From assembly GCA_031960885.1 (NCBI GenBank), contig JAVRLY010000006.1:1-27141 (forward strand): a DNA stretch of 27,141 nucleotides. The letters run 5' to 3'. The number at the start of each line of letters is the position of its first letter. Position 1 is the first letter of the stretch. A program made the translations under genes and the position numbers. The DNA comes from Desulfurella sp. GTDB lineage: Bacteria; Campylobacterota_A; Desulfurellia; Desulfurellales; Desulfurellaceae. Positions 1 to 8,091 of the stretch are shown one piece after another. The notes beneath the pieces were generated by a model that worked only from the letters and a program-made list of their open reading frames with translations, made no database searches and was not told the DNA's origin.

Positions 1-2
1 TG

Positions 3-668
3 ATGGGTATTGACAAACCATACGATGATGTTGCAAGATTATATTTTATACTACACTCAGACCATGAAAGTGGAAATGTTTCAGCTCATGCTGCTCACCT
101 TGTAGCATCTGCTTTGTCTGATGCATACTATTCATATTCTGCTGGTATGTGCGGTCTTGCTGGTCCATTGCATGGCTTGGCCAATCAAGAAACATTAAAA
201 TGGATACAAGAAACCATGCAAAAATTAGGCGGTAAAGTTCCAACTAAAGAAGAGCTAAAGAAATTTATAGAAGACACATTGGCAAGTGGCCAAGTAGTAC
301 CAGGCTATGGTCATGCAGTACTTAGAAAGACTGACCCACGCTATATGGCACAAAGAGAATTCGCTCTTAAACATTTGCCTGATGACCCAGTCTTCCAAGT
401 AGTATCTATGTTGTTTGAAGTTGTACCTCCAATTCTTTCAACGTTAGGCAAAGTAAAAGACCCATGGCCAAATGTTGATGCACATTCTGGTTGTATACAA
501 TGGCATTATGGCGTTGTAGAATACGATTTCTATACAATACTGTTTGGAATTGGTCGAGCCTTGGGTGTTCTTGCTAACTTAGTATGGGATAGAGCACTTG
601 GATATGCAATCGAAAGACCAAAATCTGTTACAACAGATATGCTTGAAAAATGGGCAGGTATTAAATAA
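3..668 (+). CDS. gltA: Citrate (Si)-synthase, eukaryote-like type; 5'-truncated by the window edge
   Basis: Motifs [50 protein letters not shown] and IERPKS match the mitochondrial/Geobacter-type enzyme. The frame is open to the window start. Confidence 0.96.
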   Translation: MGIDKPYDDVARLYFILHSDHESGNVSAHAAHLVASALSDAYYSYSAGMCGLAGPLHGLANQETLKWIQETMQKLGGKVPTKEELKKFIEDTLASGQVVPGYGHAVLRKTDPRYMAQREFALKHLPDDPVFQVVSMLFEVVPPILSTLGKVKDPWPNVDAHSGCIQWHYGVVEYDFYTILFGIGRALGVLANLVWDRALGYAIERPKSVTTDMLEKWAGIK

Positions 669-701
669 TCAATCAAACAGCAAGACTAAAGATTTATAGT
701 T

Positions 702-730
702 AAAGGAGGGGTTTAAACCTCTCCTTTTTT
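702..730 (+). terminator. Intrinsic terminator after gltA
   Basis: AAAGGAGGGG-TTTAAA-CCTCTCCTTT stem (one G-U pair) running into T6, about 35 nt after the gltA stop. Confidence 0.8.
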
Positions 731-746
731 GTTTATGGAGGCGCAA

Positions 747-1661
747 GTGGACATATTGATAACTGGCGGAGCGGGTTTTATTGGTGCAAACCTTGCACTT
801 GAATTACAAAAAATCTCAGATAACATAACTATTATTGATGATTTTTCAAAAGGTGTTTATAAAAATTTGGAAGGTTTTGAAGGAGACGTTGTAGTTCTCG
901 ACATTTCTCAAGAAAATATTGATTGGGAACACTATTTGGATTTTGAGCCCGATTATATTTTTCATGAAGCTTCAAATACAGATACAACATACCCAGATGA
1001 TAAAGAAATGCTAAGAAGCAATATTGAAAGTTTTCGTAATATATTAGAGCTTGCCGTTAATTCTCAGTCAAAAATTATTTACGCTTCAAGCGCTGGCGTT
1101 TATGGCAAAGGCTCTATACCCATGAGTGAAAATTCAAAACGGGATCCTAAAAATGCCTACGCTTTTTCAAAGTACATTTTGGAAAATATGGCAAGAAAAT
1201 ATAGTGAAAATTACGATTTAGAATGTGTTGGTTTAAGGTATTTTAATGTATATGGGCCAAGAGAATCTTTTAAAGATAAAGCAGCAAGCATGATTTATCA
1301 ATTAGCTTTACAAGTAATAGATGGTAAAAGACCGCGCATATTTGAATTTGGTGAGCAATTTAGAGACCAAATTTACATAAAGGATGTGGTAAACGCGAAC
1401 ATTAAAGCAATGGAAGCGCCTTCCGGTGTATACAATGTAGGTACGGGACAACCAACGTCATTTAATAAGATTGTAGAGGTATTAAACAAAGTTTTGGGAA
1501 CAAAGCTGGAGCCAGAGTACATTAAAAACCCATATACTCAGTTCTATCAAGATCAGACTTTAGCAGATGTTAGTCTGGCTGCAAGCAAGATGGGCTTTGT
1601 GGCAAAATATGATATAGAATCTGGAATTGACGATTACATGAAGTGGTTAGGCTTTGTTTGA
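747..1661 (+). CDS. hldD: ADP-L-glycero-D-manno-heptose 6-epimerase (extended SDR)
   Basis: ITGGAGFIG Rossmann motif, YASSAGVYG, catalytic YAFSK and LRYFNVYGPRE-FK-KAASM typical of RfaD/HldD. Start moved to GTG 747 because of GGAGG at 737-741. Confidence 0.85.
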   Translation: MDILITGGAGFIGANLALELQKISDNITIIDDFSKGVYKNLEGFEGDVVVLDISQENIDWEHYLDFEPDYIFHEASNTDTTYPDDKEMLRSNIESFRNILELAVNSQSKIIYASSAGVYGKGSIPMSENSKRDPKNAYAFSKYILENMARKYSENYDLECVGLRYFNVYGPRESFKDKAASMIYQLALQVIDGKRPRIFEFGEQFRDQIYIKDVVNANIKAMEAPSGVYNVGTGQPTSFNKIVEVLNKVLGTKLEPEYIKNPYTQFYQDQTLADVSLAASKMGFVAKYDIESGIDDYMKWLGFV

Positions 1662-2508
1662 TATTGTAAAGCTTGCTGGATTATCTTGTAGGCTATGTCC
1701 TAGAAATTGCAAGATAAATAGAAATGAAAAATTAGGCTTGTGTAAAACAAAAAACGCAATAGAGATTGCAAGCTACAATTTACATTTTGGCGAGGAACCG
1801 CCAATTAGCGGTGTTAATGGCAGTGGAACGGTTTTTTTTGCAGGTTGCAATTTATCATGCGTCTATTGTCAAAATTATCCAATAAGTCAATTAAAAAGCG
1901 CGTATAAAGCTATTAGCACATTGGAGCTAGCTAATATTTTTTTAGATTTGCAAAGGCGCAAAGCTCACAATATAAATTTGGTTACACCATCGCACTTTGT
2001 ACATTTGATTGTCCAAGCTATAGAAATAGCAAGAGGCTATGGTTTTAAATTGCCTATATGCTTTAACACAAGCTCTTATGATAAAGCAGAAGTTATTGAT
2101 TTTTTACAAGATTATATTGATATTTATTTGGCTGATTTGAAGTATGCAGATAATGACTTATCTTATAAGTATTCTGGAGTGAGTGATTATTTTGAAGTTG
2201 CTACAAAAGCTATTTTAAAGATGCAACGAACAAAAGGCTCACTTGTAATAGAAAACAGTTTGGCTAAAAAAGGTTTGATTATTAGACATTTGGTTTTGCC
2301 AAACAATATTGATAACTCTAAAAAGGTTTTAGATTGGATTGTAAATAATATTGAAAATCCAACGATTTCATTAATGAGACAATATTTTCCAGCATATAAA
2401 GCATTTAATTATATAGAAATATCAGAGAAATTAAGCGTAAACCATTGGAATCAAATATTAGAATATGCTTATAAGTTAGGTATAGACGGATATATACAAG
2501 TTGCTTAA
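1654..2508 (+). CDS. Radical SAM protein, PflX-like family (function unknown)
   Basis: N-terminal CRLCPRNC, then HFGEEPPISG..GSGTVFF, the CxxxCxxC motif CNLSCVYC, HNINLVTPSH, YLADLKY and IIRHLVLP. Overlaps hldD by 8 nt. Confidence 0.88.
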   Translation: MFDIVKLAGLSCRLCPRNCKINRNEKLGLCKTKNAIEIASYNLHFGEEPPISGVNGSGTVFFAGCNLSCVYCQNYPISQLKSAYKAISTLELANIFLDLQRRKAHNINLVTPSHFVHLIVQAIEIARGYGFKLPICFNTSSYDKAEVIDFLQDYIDIYLADLKYADNDLSYKYSGVSDYFEVATKAILKMQRTKGSLVIENSLAKKGLIIRHLVLPNNIDNSKKVLDWIVNNIENPTISLMRQYFPAYKAFNYIEISEKLSVNHWNQILEYAYKLGIDGYIQVA

Positions 2509-2509
2509 T

Positions 2510-4867
2510 TTATATATAATTAAATAGACTTAATTGATTGACTTTTGCAAAACTTTGCAATAGTGCTTGCATAATAGTGATTTCTCTTTCATAATCACCT
2601 ATTACTTGAGCATAGTTTGCATCTTGAAGATTTGATATAGCCTGTGCATTTGATAATGATAGGTTTTCGATGCGAGTTTGAGCTAATTGCATGCGTTGCT
2701 CATAGGCGCCTATTATAGAGCGATTTGCATCAACCTGACCGAGAGAATTTTGTATATTTGTAATTGATTGTTGAAGCATATTTGTTAGTTTAAAAGAAAA
2801 AGAATCGCCTTGATTGAGTACTTTTGTCAAATTACCAGATTGGTTTAAATTAAGCACTACCCCATCGGGTAATTGAATGTTATCTAAATTAGATTGATTA
2901 TTCACTGAATATACATTATTGCCTTGTGAATCTACAACATTTATATTATATGTTGTATTACCCGATGTTGTTTGGGGTGTGATTGTTATTTGTCCAACAA
3001 AATTGCCTTGTGAATTTGTAATTGTTAAAACATGTGCGCTTGAAGTTATATTTGCCGATACGCCGCTTGTTACTGTAATCGTCCAAGTGTCAGATGTATT
3101 ACCAGAATAATAACCAGACAGAGTAGGTTGCAATGTAGAACCGCCATTCCAATTTGTGGCTTGAGAGATTTGATTTACTTGAGAGCCTGTAATGGCTGCT
3201 TGAGCATTATCAAAAGACCTAAATACATCAACGCCACCACCAAGGGTTGTAGTGTTAAATACACCAAATATGTTAGGTTCTGGAGTATTATTATTTGCAA
3301 TACTCAAAGATAAATTCATTTGACTATTGCCACCGCGTAAATCTGTAACAACAATATGTCCATTTTGGATAGTTGCAGATACTGTACTGACAAAACCACC
3401 GCTTGAACCGTCACTAATTGTATTAAACATACCAAATACTGGGTTTTTGTTCGTTTGTGTTTGAATGTTTATGCTAAGTTTACTAGGACCAGTTTGGTTA
3501 TCATCAATTTGTATAAGACCATGCGATATTGTAGCAGACACATTGAAGTTAACATTTACTAGATTTAAGAAAGAGCCTAATGTAGTACCAGCACTTACAT
3601 TTAAACTAATTGTGGCTCCAGAAGAATGAGCTAATCCATTGACTGTAATGCCAGAGCCGCCTGTTAATTGACCAATTGTTGTTAGAGACGATGCTATTGA
3701 ACCATCCGCAAGTGTTAAAACTTTATTGTTTTGCAAGACTTCTTTGGAACTAAGATTGTTGATAAAATTTAGTAGGCTTGATACTGTAGCGCCTGCGCTT
3801 ACTGTAAAAGAGCCAGAAACGATATTGCCACTGTGGTCTGTGCCTTTTGCAATAATTGTGTAGCCACTTTGTAGTGAGATATTAGCTAAAGCATTATTGA
3901 GATGCAAATCTGTTAGTTTAGTTTGATTGGTTGCTGGGTCGTTGCTTACATTTAATAACTGATTATTAGATGTTATAGTTTGATTTTGCTGGTACAATAA
4001 ATTATTTGCATTTATTGTTATAGGTGTAGATAAGCCATCTGAGTAAGCGATAGACTCATTATTGTTATCCCCAGTGTATGTGTTGGCGCTACCTTTGATA
4101 TATGAAAATGTAACAGTAGAACTTTGAGAATTTTTCGGTATGTAAATACTAATCCCTCTACCTGTGTTAAACCATCCACCATTCTGCAATAAATTGGATA
4201 CATTAACTGAAGTTGATAATTGGTCACCGCCAGCGCTTGAGCGATCTACGCCGTCTACGCTAATAGGTATAGCAATACCATTTTGGGAAATAGAAAGATT
4301 TCCATTGCCATCAATCTGAATCGAATAACTTCCACTGTTTAGTAGATTTATATCGCCAAAATTGTTTGATGTTTTTATTTGAATATTGTTATTAGTGGTA
4401 GATGTAGTAGCTACTTGAGGTGTAGTATCTTGTATAGGGGCAGTATTTGTTAAAAAACCGCTAAATAGATATTGTCCGCCAAACATAGTATTAGCGCTGT
4501 TTTTTATTTCTGCTTCTATTGCTTGTAATTGTTGGGCTATAGAAGCATTACTTGCTGAGTCATTAGTAGCATTTGCAGCTTGTATAATTAAAGACCCTGA
4601 ATTTTGAAGTAGAGTGCTAATATTGCTTGTAGCTGTGTCTTGAGCTGACAAAACAGAATTAGCAGAATTGATGTTAGAAGTATACTGAGTCAATCTTGAT
4701 TGTATATCATTTAGAGACAATACTTGCGATAGCGCAATAGGATTGTCGGATAAATTATTTATGCTTTTGCCAGTTGCCATTTGCGTTTGTGTATTATAAA
4801 GTTGCGAGTTTATATTGTTTAGATTTGAGAGGAAGTTGTTGTAAAGCATTGATTGCGTCACACGCAT
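2510..4867 (-). CDS. flgL: Flagellar hook-associated protein 3 FlgL, long (785 aa)
   Basis: N-terminus MRVTQSMLY..ATGK.IN..SDNP, GQYLFSG, YTGD, C-terminus LSLFNYI. Directly downstream of flgK with an AGGAGG SD. Confidence 0.95.
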   Translation of the reverse strand: MRVTQSMLYNNFLSNLNNINSQLYNTQTQMATGKSINNLSDNPIALSQVLSLNDIQSRLTQYTSNINSANSVLSAQDTATSNISTLLQNSGSLIIQAANATNDSASNASIAQQLQAIEAEIKNSANTMFGGQYLFSGFLTNTAPIQDTTPQVATTSTTNNNIQIKTSNNFGDINLLNSGSYSIQIDGNGNLSISQNGIAIPISVDGVDRSSAGGDQLSTSVNVSNLLQNGGWFNTGRGISIYIPKNSQSSTVTFSYIKGSANTYTGDNNNESIAYSDGLSTPITINANNLLYQQNQTITSNNQLLNVSNDPATNQTKLTDLHLNNALANISLQSGYTIIAKGTDHSGNIVSGSFTVSAGATVSSLLNFINNLSSKEVLQNNKVLTLADGSIASSLTTIGQLTGGSGITVNGLAHSSGATISLNVSAGTTLGSFLNLVNVNFNVSATISHGLIQIDDNQTGPSKLSINIQTQTNKNPVFGMFNTISDGSSGGFVSTVSATIQNGHIVVTDLRGGNSQMNLSLSIANNNTPEPNIFGVFNTTTLGGGVDVFRSFDNAQAAITGSQVNQISQATNWNGGSTLQPTLSGYYSGNTSDTWTITVTSGVSANITSSAHVLTITNSQGNFVGQITITPQTTSGNTTYNINVVDSQGNNVYSVNNQSNLDNIQLPDGVVLNLNQSGNLTKVLNQGDSFSFKLTNMLQQSITNIQNSLGQVDANRSIIGAYEQRMQLAQTRIENLSLSNAQAISNLQDANYAQVIGDYEREITIMQALLQSFAKVNQLSLFNYI

Positions 4868-4878
4868 GCAATTACCTC

Positions 4879-6624
4879 CTATTGTACCATGTTGATTAAG
4901 GATTGCGTTATAGTATCAACCACACTAATGAACCTTGCGCTTGCTTGATATGCTGTTTGGTATTTAATTAGATTTGCAGCTTCTTCGTCAAGAGAAACGC
5001 CTTCTTGTGATTGAACCAAATTTTGAGTTTGTGTAACCATAGAATTTTGCGCATTTAATAAATTCTGGTTAGCTTGCAAATCAGATCCGATTTGGCCCAA
5101 AAATGAATTATAGTATTGGCTTATTGTTTGAGTATTTGAAACCAACACATTTTCATTTTGAAGATTAGCAATAGCTAATGCATTTGAGTTGTCGCCAGGT
5201 GACATAGTGGTGCCTGCGGCAATCTTGCTTGGATCATTAGTCACAATAGGATTTACATTAATATTTTGAGCATTTGTTCCGGTAAAAAAAGTATTTATGC
5301 CAGAAGCTGCCAAAAAATTGGATGTATCTTGTGAAAATGAAAACTGGTATCCGCTTTTTGCAACAATTTGAACATTTCCTTGGCTGTGTCCAGATATGCT
5401 CATAGACACTAAACCATTTAACGCACTATTGAATTTATTGGCAATTTGGGAAAAAGAATCATTTTGATTTACTACTACAGAATATGTGCCAACACTATTG
5501 CCAGAGGCGTCATAAACATTGACAGTTATTGTACCTGATTTAAGAGGTAAATTGACACCATTTTGCTCTGATTGCGAAACGGGGTTTGTATCGCTATTTA
5601 ATGTATATGTACCTTGTGTTTGTGTGAAAGCTGACAAACCAGAACCACCGGAATGTAAGATATTGACTTGGTTTATTATTGTATTGGTTAATGTATTCAA
5701 TGTATTCATGTAATTTGGGATTATTTGGTTAGCTGTTTGTAAGGTTGCTCCTAAGCTGCCTTGTGTTATGTTGCTTGTAATATTAGTTAAATTACCAGAG
5801 CTATCTTGAAAAAATACATCATTATTTTGGCCATTTGTAGTTTTGGCAACTAAAGAATTATAGCTTGTGCCAGACACAAGCGGCATGCCACCAATAAGTA
5901 TAGTGAGTTCTTCTTGTGATCCGCTTACGGCTTGATTTTGAGCACTTGGTGCATATGTATTAAATACGTTTACATTGGCGATTTGCTGCAATTGTTGAAT
6001 TAGTTGATTTCTTTGATCAACAAGTGTATTTGCTGTTTGATTCGGCGCAAGCGTTGCAAGTTTTATCTCATAGTTAATACTAGCTATATTTTGAGCTATA
6101 GTATTTATTTGATTAATATTTGAAGTTACCTGAGCATTCAAATTGTTTTGAAGTTGTTGAAGCGAGTTATAGCTCGAATTTATGGTTTGGGCAAGCGTTT
6201 GACCTGCTTGAATAACCTGCTGGCGTGCCGTAGCCAAACTTGGGTTTGATGCTAATGACTGCCACGAATTAAAGAAATTGTTTAATGCTGTATTCAGGCC
6301 AGTGCCATTTTGTTCATTGAAGATATTTTGAATTTGCGTTAAATTATTATTTAATGTTTGATAATTAGATTGCGAAGCAAGTTGCTGATTTAAAGTGTTG
6401 TCTAAAAATTGATTTCTTGCGCTTGATATAGACTCAACTTTTGCGCCCATACCAAATGCACCAATTTGAGTAATTTGCGGGTATTTTTCTATAATTTCTG
6501 GAGATTCTTTAGTGTAGCCTGGTGTATTTGCATTTGATATATTGTTGCCAGTTATATTTAGTGCGCTTTGGGCAACATTCAATCCACTTGTGCCAATGTA
6601 GAGACCATCAAAAATCGAAGGCAT
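4879..6624 (-). CDS. flgK: Flagellar hook-associated protein 1 FlgK
   Basis: SGLNVAQSAL..GNNISNANTPGY, FFNSWQSLA.NP, GDNSNALAIA, GVSLDEEAANLIKYQTAYQASAR. Confidence 0.96.
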   Translation of the reverse strand: MPSIFDGLYIGTSGLNVAQSALNITGNNISNANTPGYTKESPEIIEKYPQITQIGAFGMGAKVESISSARNQFLDNTLNQQLASQSNYQTLNNNLTQIQNIFNEQNGTGLNTALNNFFNSWQSLASNPSLATARQQVIQAGQTLAQTINSSYNSLQQLQNNLNAQVTSNINQINTIAQNIASINYEIKLATLAPNQTANTLVDQRNQLIQQLQQIANVNVFNTYAPSAQNQAVSGSQEELTILIGGMPLVSGTSYNSLVAKTTNGQNNDVFFQDSSGNLTNITSNITQGSLGATLQTANQIIPNYMNTLNTLTNTIINQVNILHSGGSGLSAFTQTQGTYTLNSDTNPVSQSEQNGVNLPLKSGTITVNVYDASGNSVGTYSVVVNQNDSFSQIANKFNSALNGLVSMSISGHSQGNVQIVAKSGYQFSFSQDTSNFLAASGINTFFTGTNAQNINVNPIVTNDPSKIAAGTTMSPGDNSNALAIANLQNENVLVSNTQTISQYYNSFLGQIGSDLQANQNLLNAQNSMVTQTQNLVQSQEGVSLDEEAANLIKYQTAYQASARFISVVDTITQSLINMVQ

Positions 6625-6625
6625 G

Positions 6626-7030
6626 CTACACCATCCTGCTAAAGTCTGATTTATATGGAATGCTAGCTTTGTTGTTGTAAGTTTGATTTACTTGCATGAA
6701 GCTTAAATAAAGACTTAACATCGAACTTGAAAATGCTAAGTGTTGCTGGGCAATTTTTGCATTTATGTTATTTTCGTAAAGGAGTTTGCTCGAAATTTGT
6801 ATAATTTTACTTTTATATTTTGATAACTGGGTTTCTTGTGGGTTTTTTGATTTTATCTGATTTATACAATCGGTTATTTTGTTTAAATAAGTTTCTTTTT
6901 CTTTTAGCAAACCCAAAAGTCTATTTATATCAATTGATATTAAATATTTTCTTTCCCTTAAAGACAATTCCACCAATATTTCGTAATTTTTAATTACAGT
7001 GTCAAAGCAAACATCAATGTATTCATCCAT
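6626..7030 (-). CDS. flgN: Flagellar export chaperone FlgN
   Basis: 134-aa helical protein between flgM and flgK with an N.IN motif and a C-terminal TY. The call relies mostly on synteny. Confidence 0.75.
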   Translation of the reverse strand: MDEYIDVCFDTVIKNYEILVELSLRERKYLISIDINRLLGLLKEKETYLNKITDCINQIKSKNPQETQLSKYKSKIIQISSKLLYENNINAKIAQQHLAFSSSMLSLYLSFMQVNQTYNNKASIPYKSDFSRMV

Positions 7031-7322
7031 TTTTTATTTCCTCTATTAAACTCTGTGCTAAATTTGTCAAATCTGGTTTGTAGGTACCGTTTTCGTAAGC
7101 TTTTTGCACCATTTCAAGTCGTTTTTGGTGGTTGGCTTCTAAATCAGCTAAATTGGAAAGTGCCTTAGCTGTGCTAGATATATTCACAGAATCTTGTACT
7201 ATATTTTTTTCTTTTTTATCTGACACTTGAGTATTTTGAGCTTGTGATTGCTGATTTTTCTGAATCTTTTTTTGATTTGTGGTTGCATCTATGTTTGAAC
7301 CTAATATATCTGATATTTTCAT
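7023..7322 (-). CDS. flgM: Anti-sigma28 factor FlgM
   Basis: MKI start, DSVNISS and C-terminal RLE.V.KA.ENGTYKPD...LAQ. AGGAGG SD and flgJ-flgM-flgN synteny. Confidence 0.9.
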   Translation of the reverse strand: MKISDILGSNIDATTNQKKIQKNQQSQAQNTQVSDKKEKNIVQDSVNISSTAKALSNLADLEANHQKRLEMVQKAYENGTYKPDLTNLAQSLIEEIKNG

Positions 7323-7342
7323 TTTACACCTCCTACTTGTTT

Positions 7343-7369
7343 ATATCGGATAAAAAATCAAAAAATTAA
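7343..7369 (-). promoter_or_regulatory. Candidate sigma28 (FliA) promoter for flgM-flgN-flgK-flgL
   Basis: Minus strand reads TTAA-N15-TCCGATAT, against the consensus TAAA-N15-GCCGATAA. It lies in the flgJ-flgM gap. Confidence 0.7.
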
Positions 7370-8091
7370 GATTTTTCATAGTAAGAAATTACCTTTTGGA
7401 CATAGGCAACAGTTTCTTGAAATGGCGGTATGCCGTTAAATTTTTTCACATTACCAATTCCTGCATTATAAGCTGCCAAAGCAAGCGGTACGCTTTGTAG
7501 ATTTTGGATTAGGTTGCTCAAAAGTTTTGTGCCAGCCATTATATTTTGTACAGGGTCAAAAGCATTTGTTACACCAAGACTTTGTGCAGTTTGGGGCATA
7601 AGCTGCATTAGCCCCATTGCACCTTTTGGGGATACAGCTTGCGGATTAAAATTGGATTCTGCCTTCATAACACTCAATATTAATTTTTCTGGGACTTGAT
7701 ATACAGCAGATGCTTTTTTTACTACATCTAAAATGTCTTTTGGTAAATTTAACTTAAATGGTATATAATTATTTTGGTGTAGTTGTATTGGTTTTTGAAC
7801 TGTTGGTGTTTTTATATTTTCAATTTCTTTTTTTATCGAATTAAAGATTAAACTTGCGATACCAAAGCTTGATGTATTTGCAATTTGATTAGCTAGCGCT
7901 TCTTGGTACATTGATTGATATATACTATTTTCTGCTGAATTACCAAGTGTGCTATCTTCGCCAATTTTCATTGTTTTTAACATCATATCTATAAAAATTG
8001 CTTCAAAATCTCTCGATAATTTTTTAAGTTTTTGCAAATCATCATTATTATTTTGATTTGAATTTGAGATTGTAATGCTTCCTACATTCAT
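7366..8091 (-). CDS. flgJ: FlgJ rod-capping protein fused to a C-terminal SLT (GH23) lytic transglycosylase domain
   Basis: N-terminal rod-binding motif LKKLSRDFEAIFIDMMLKTM...YQSMYQEALA..GIA. C-terminal SLT motifs AESNF, GAMGLMQLMP, ALAAYNAG and ETVAYV. Confidence 0.88.
   Translation of the reverse strand: MNVGSITISNSNQNNNDDLQKLKKLSRDFEAIFIDMMLKTMKIGEDSTLGNSAENSIYQSMYQEALANQIANTSSFGIASLIFNSIKKEIENIKTPTVQKPIQLHQNNYIPFKLNLPKDILDVVKKASAVYQVPEKLILSVMKAESNFNPQAVSPKGAMGLMQLMPQTAQSLGVTNAFDPVQNIMAGTKLLSNLIQNLQSVPLALAAYNAGIGNVKKFNGIPPFQETVAYVQKVISYYEKS

Noticed and set aside
729..746. Longer starts in the ORF track for hldD (also flgH 9923, purM 16789, kdsA 21305, DUF948 18645)
   Set aside because: The extensions run through SD, terminator or promoter sequence; downstream starts have properly spaced SDs.
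1832..1840. T9 run in the radical SAM gene (similar runs occur in accD and the CPA2 gene)
   Set aside because: Frames stay intact and encode conserved Phe/Lys runs; such runs are expected at this AT content.
1654..2508. Calling the radical SAM protein a true pyruvate formate-lyase activase or a viperin
   Set aside because: Motifs fit the PflX-like family, no pflB lies in the window and no viperin-specific motifs were recognised.
7366..7740. SLT domain as a prophage or conjugation remnant
   Set aside because: It is fused in frame to FlgJ inside the flagellar operon, with no phage or T4SS genes nearby.
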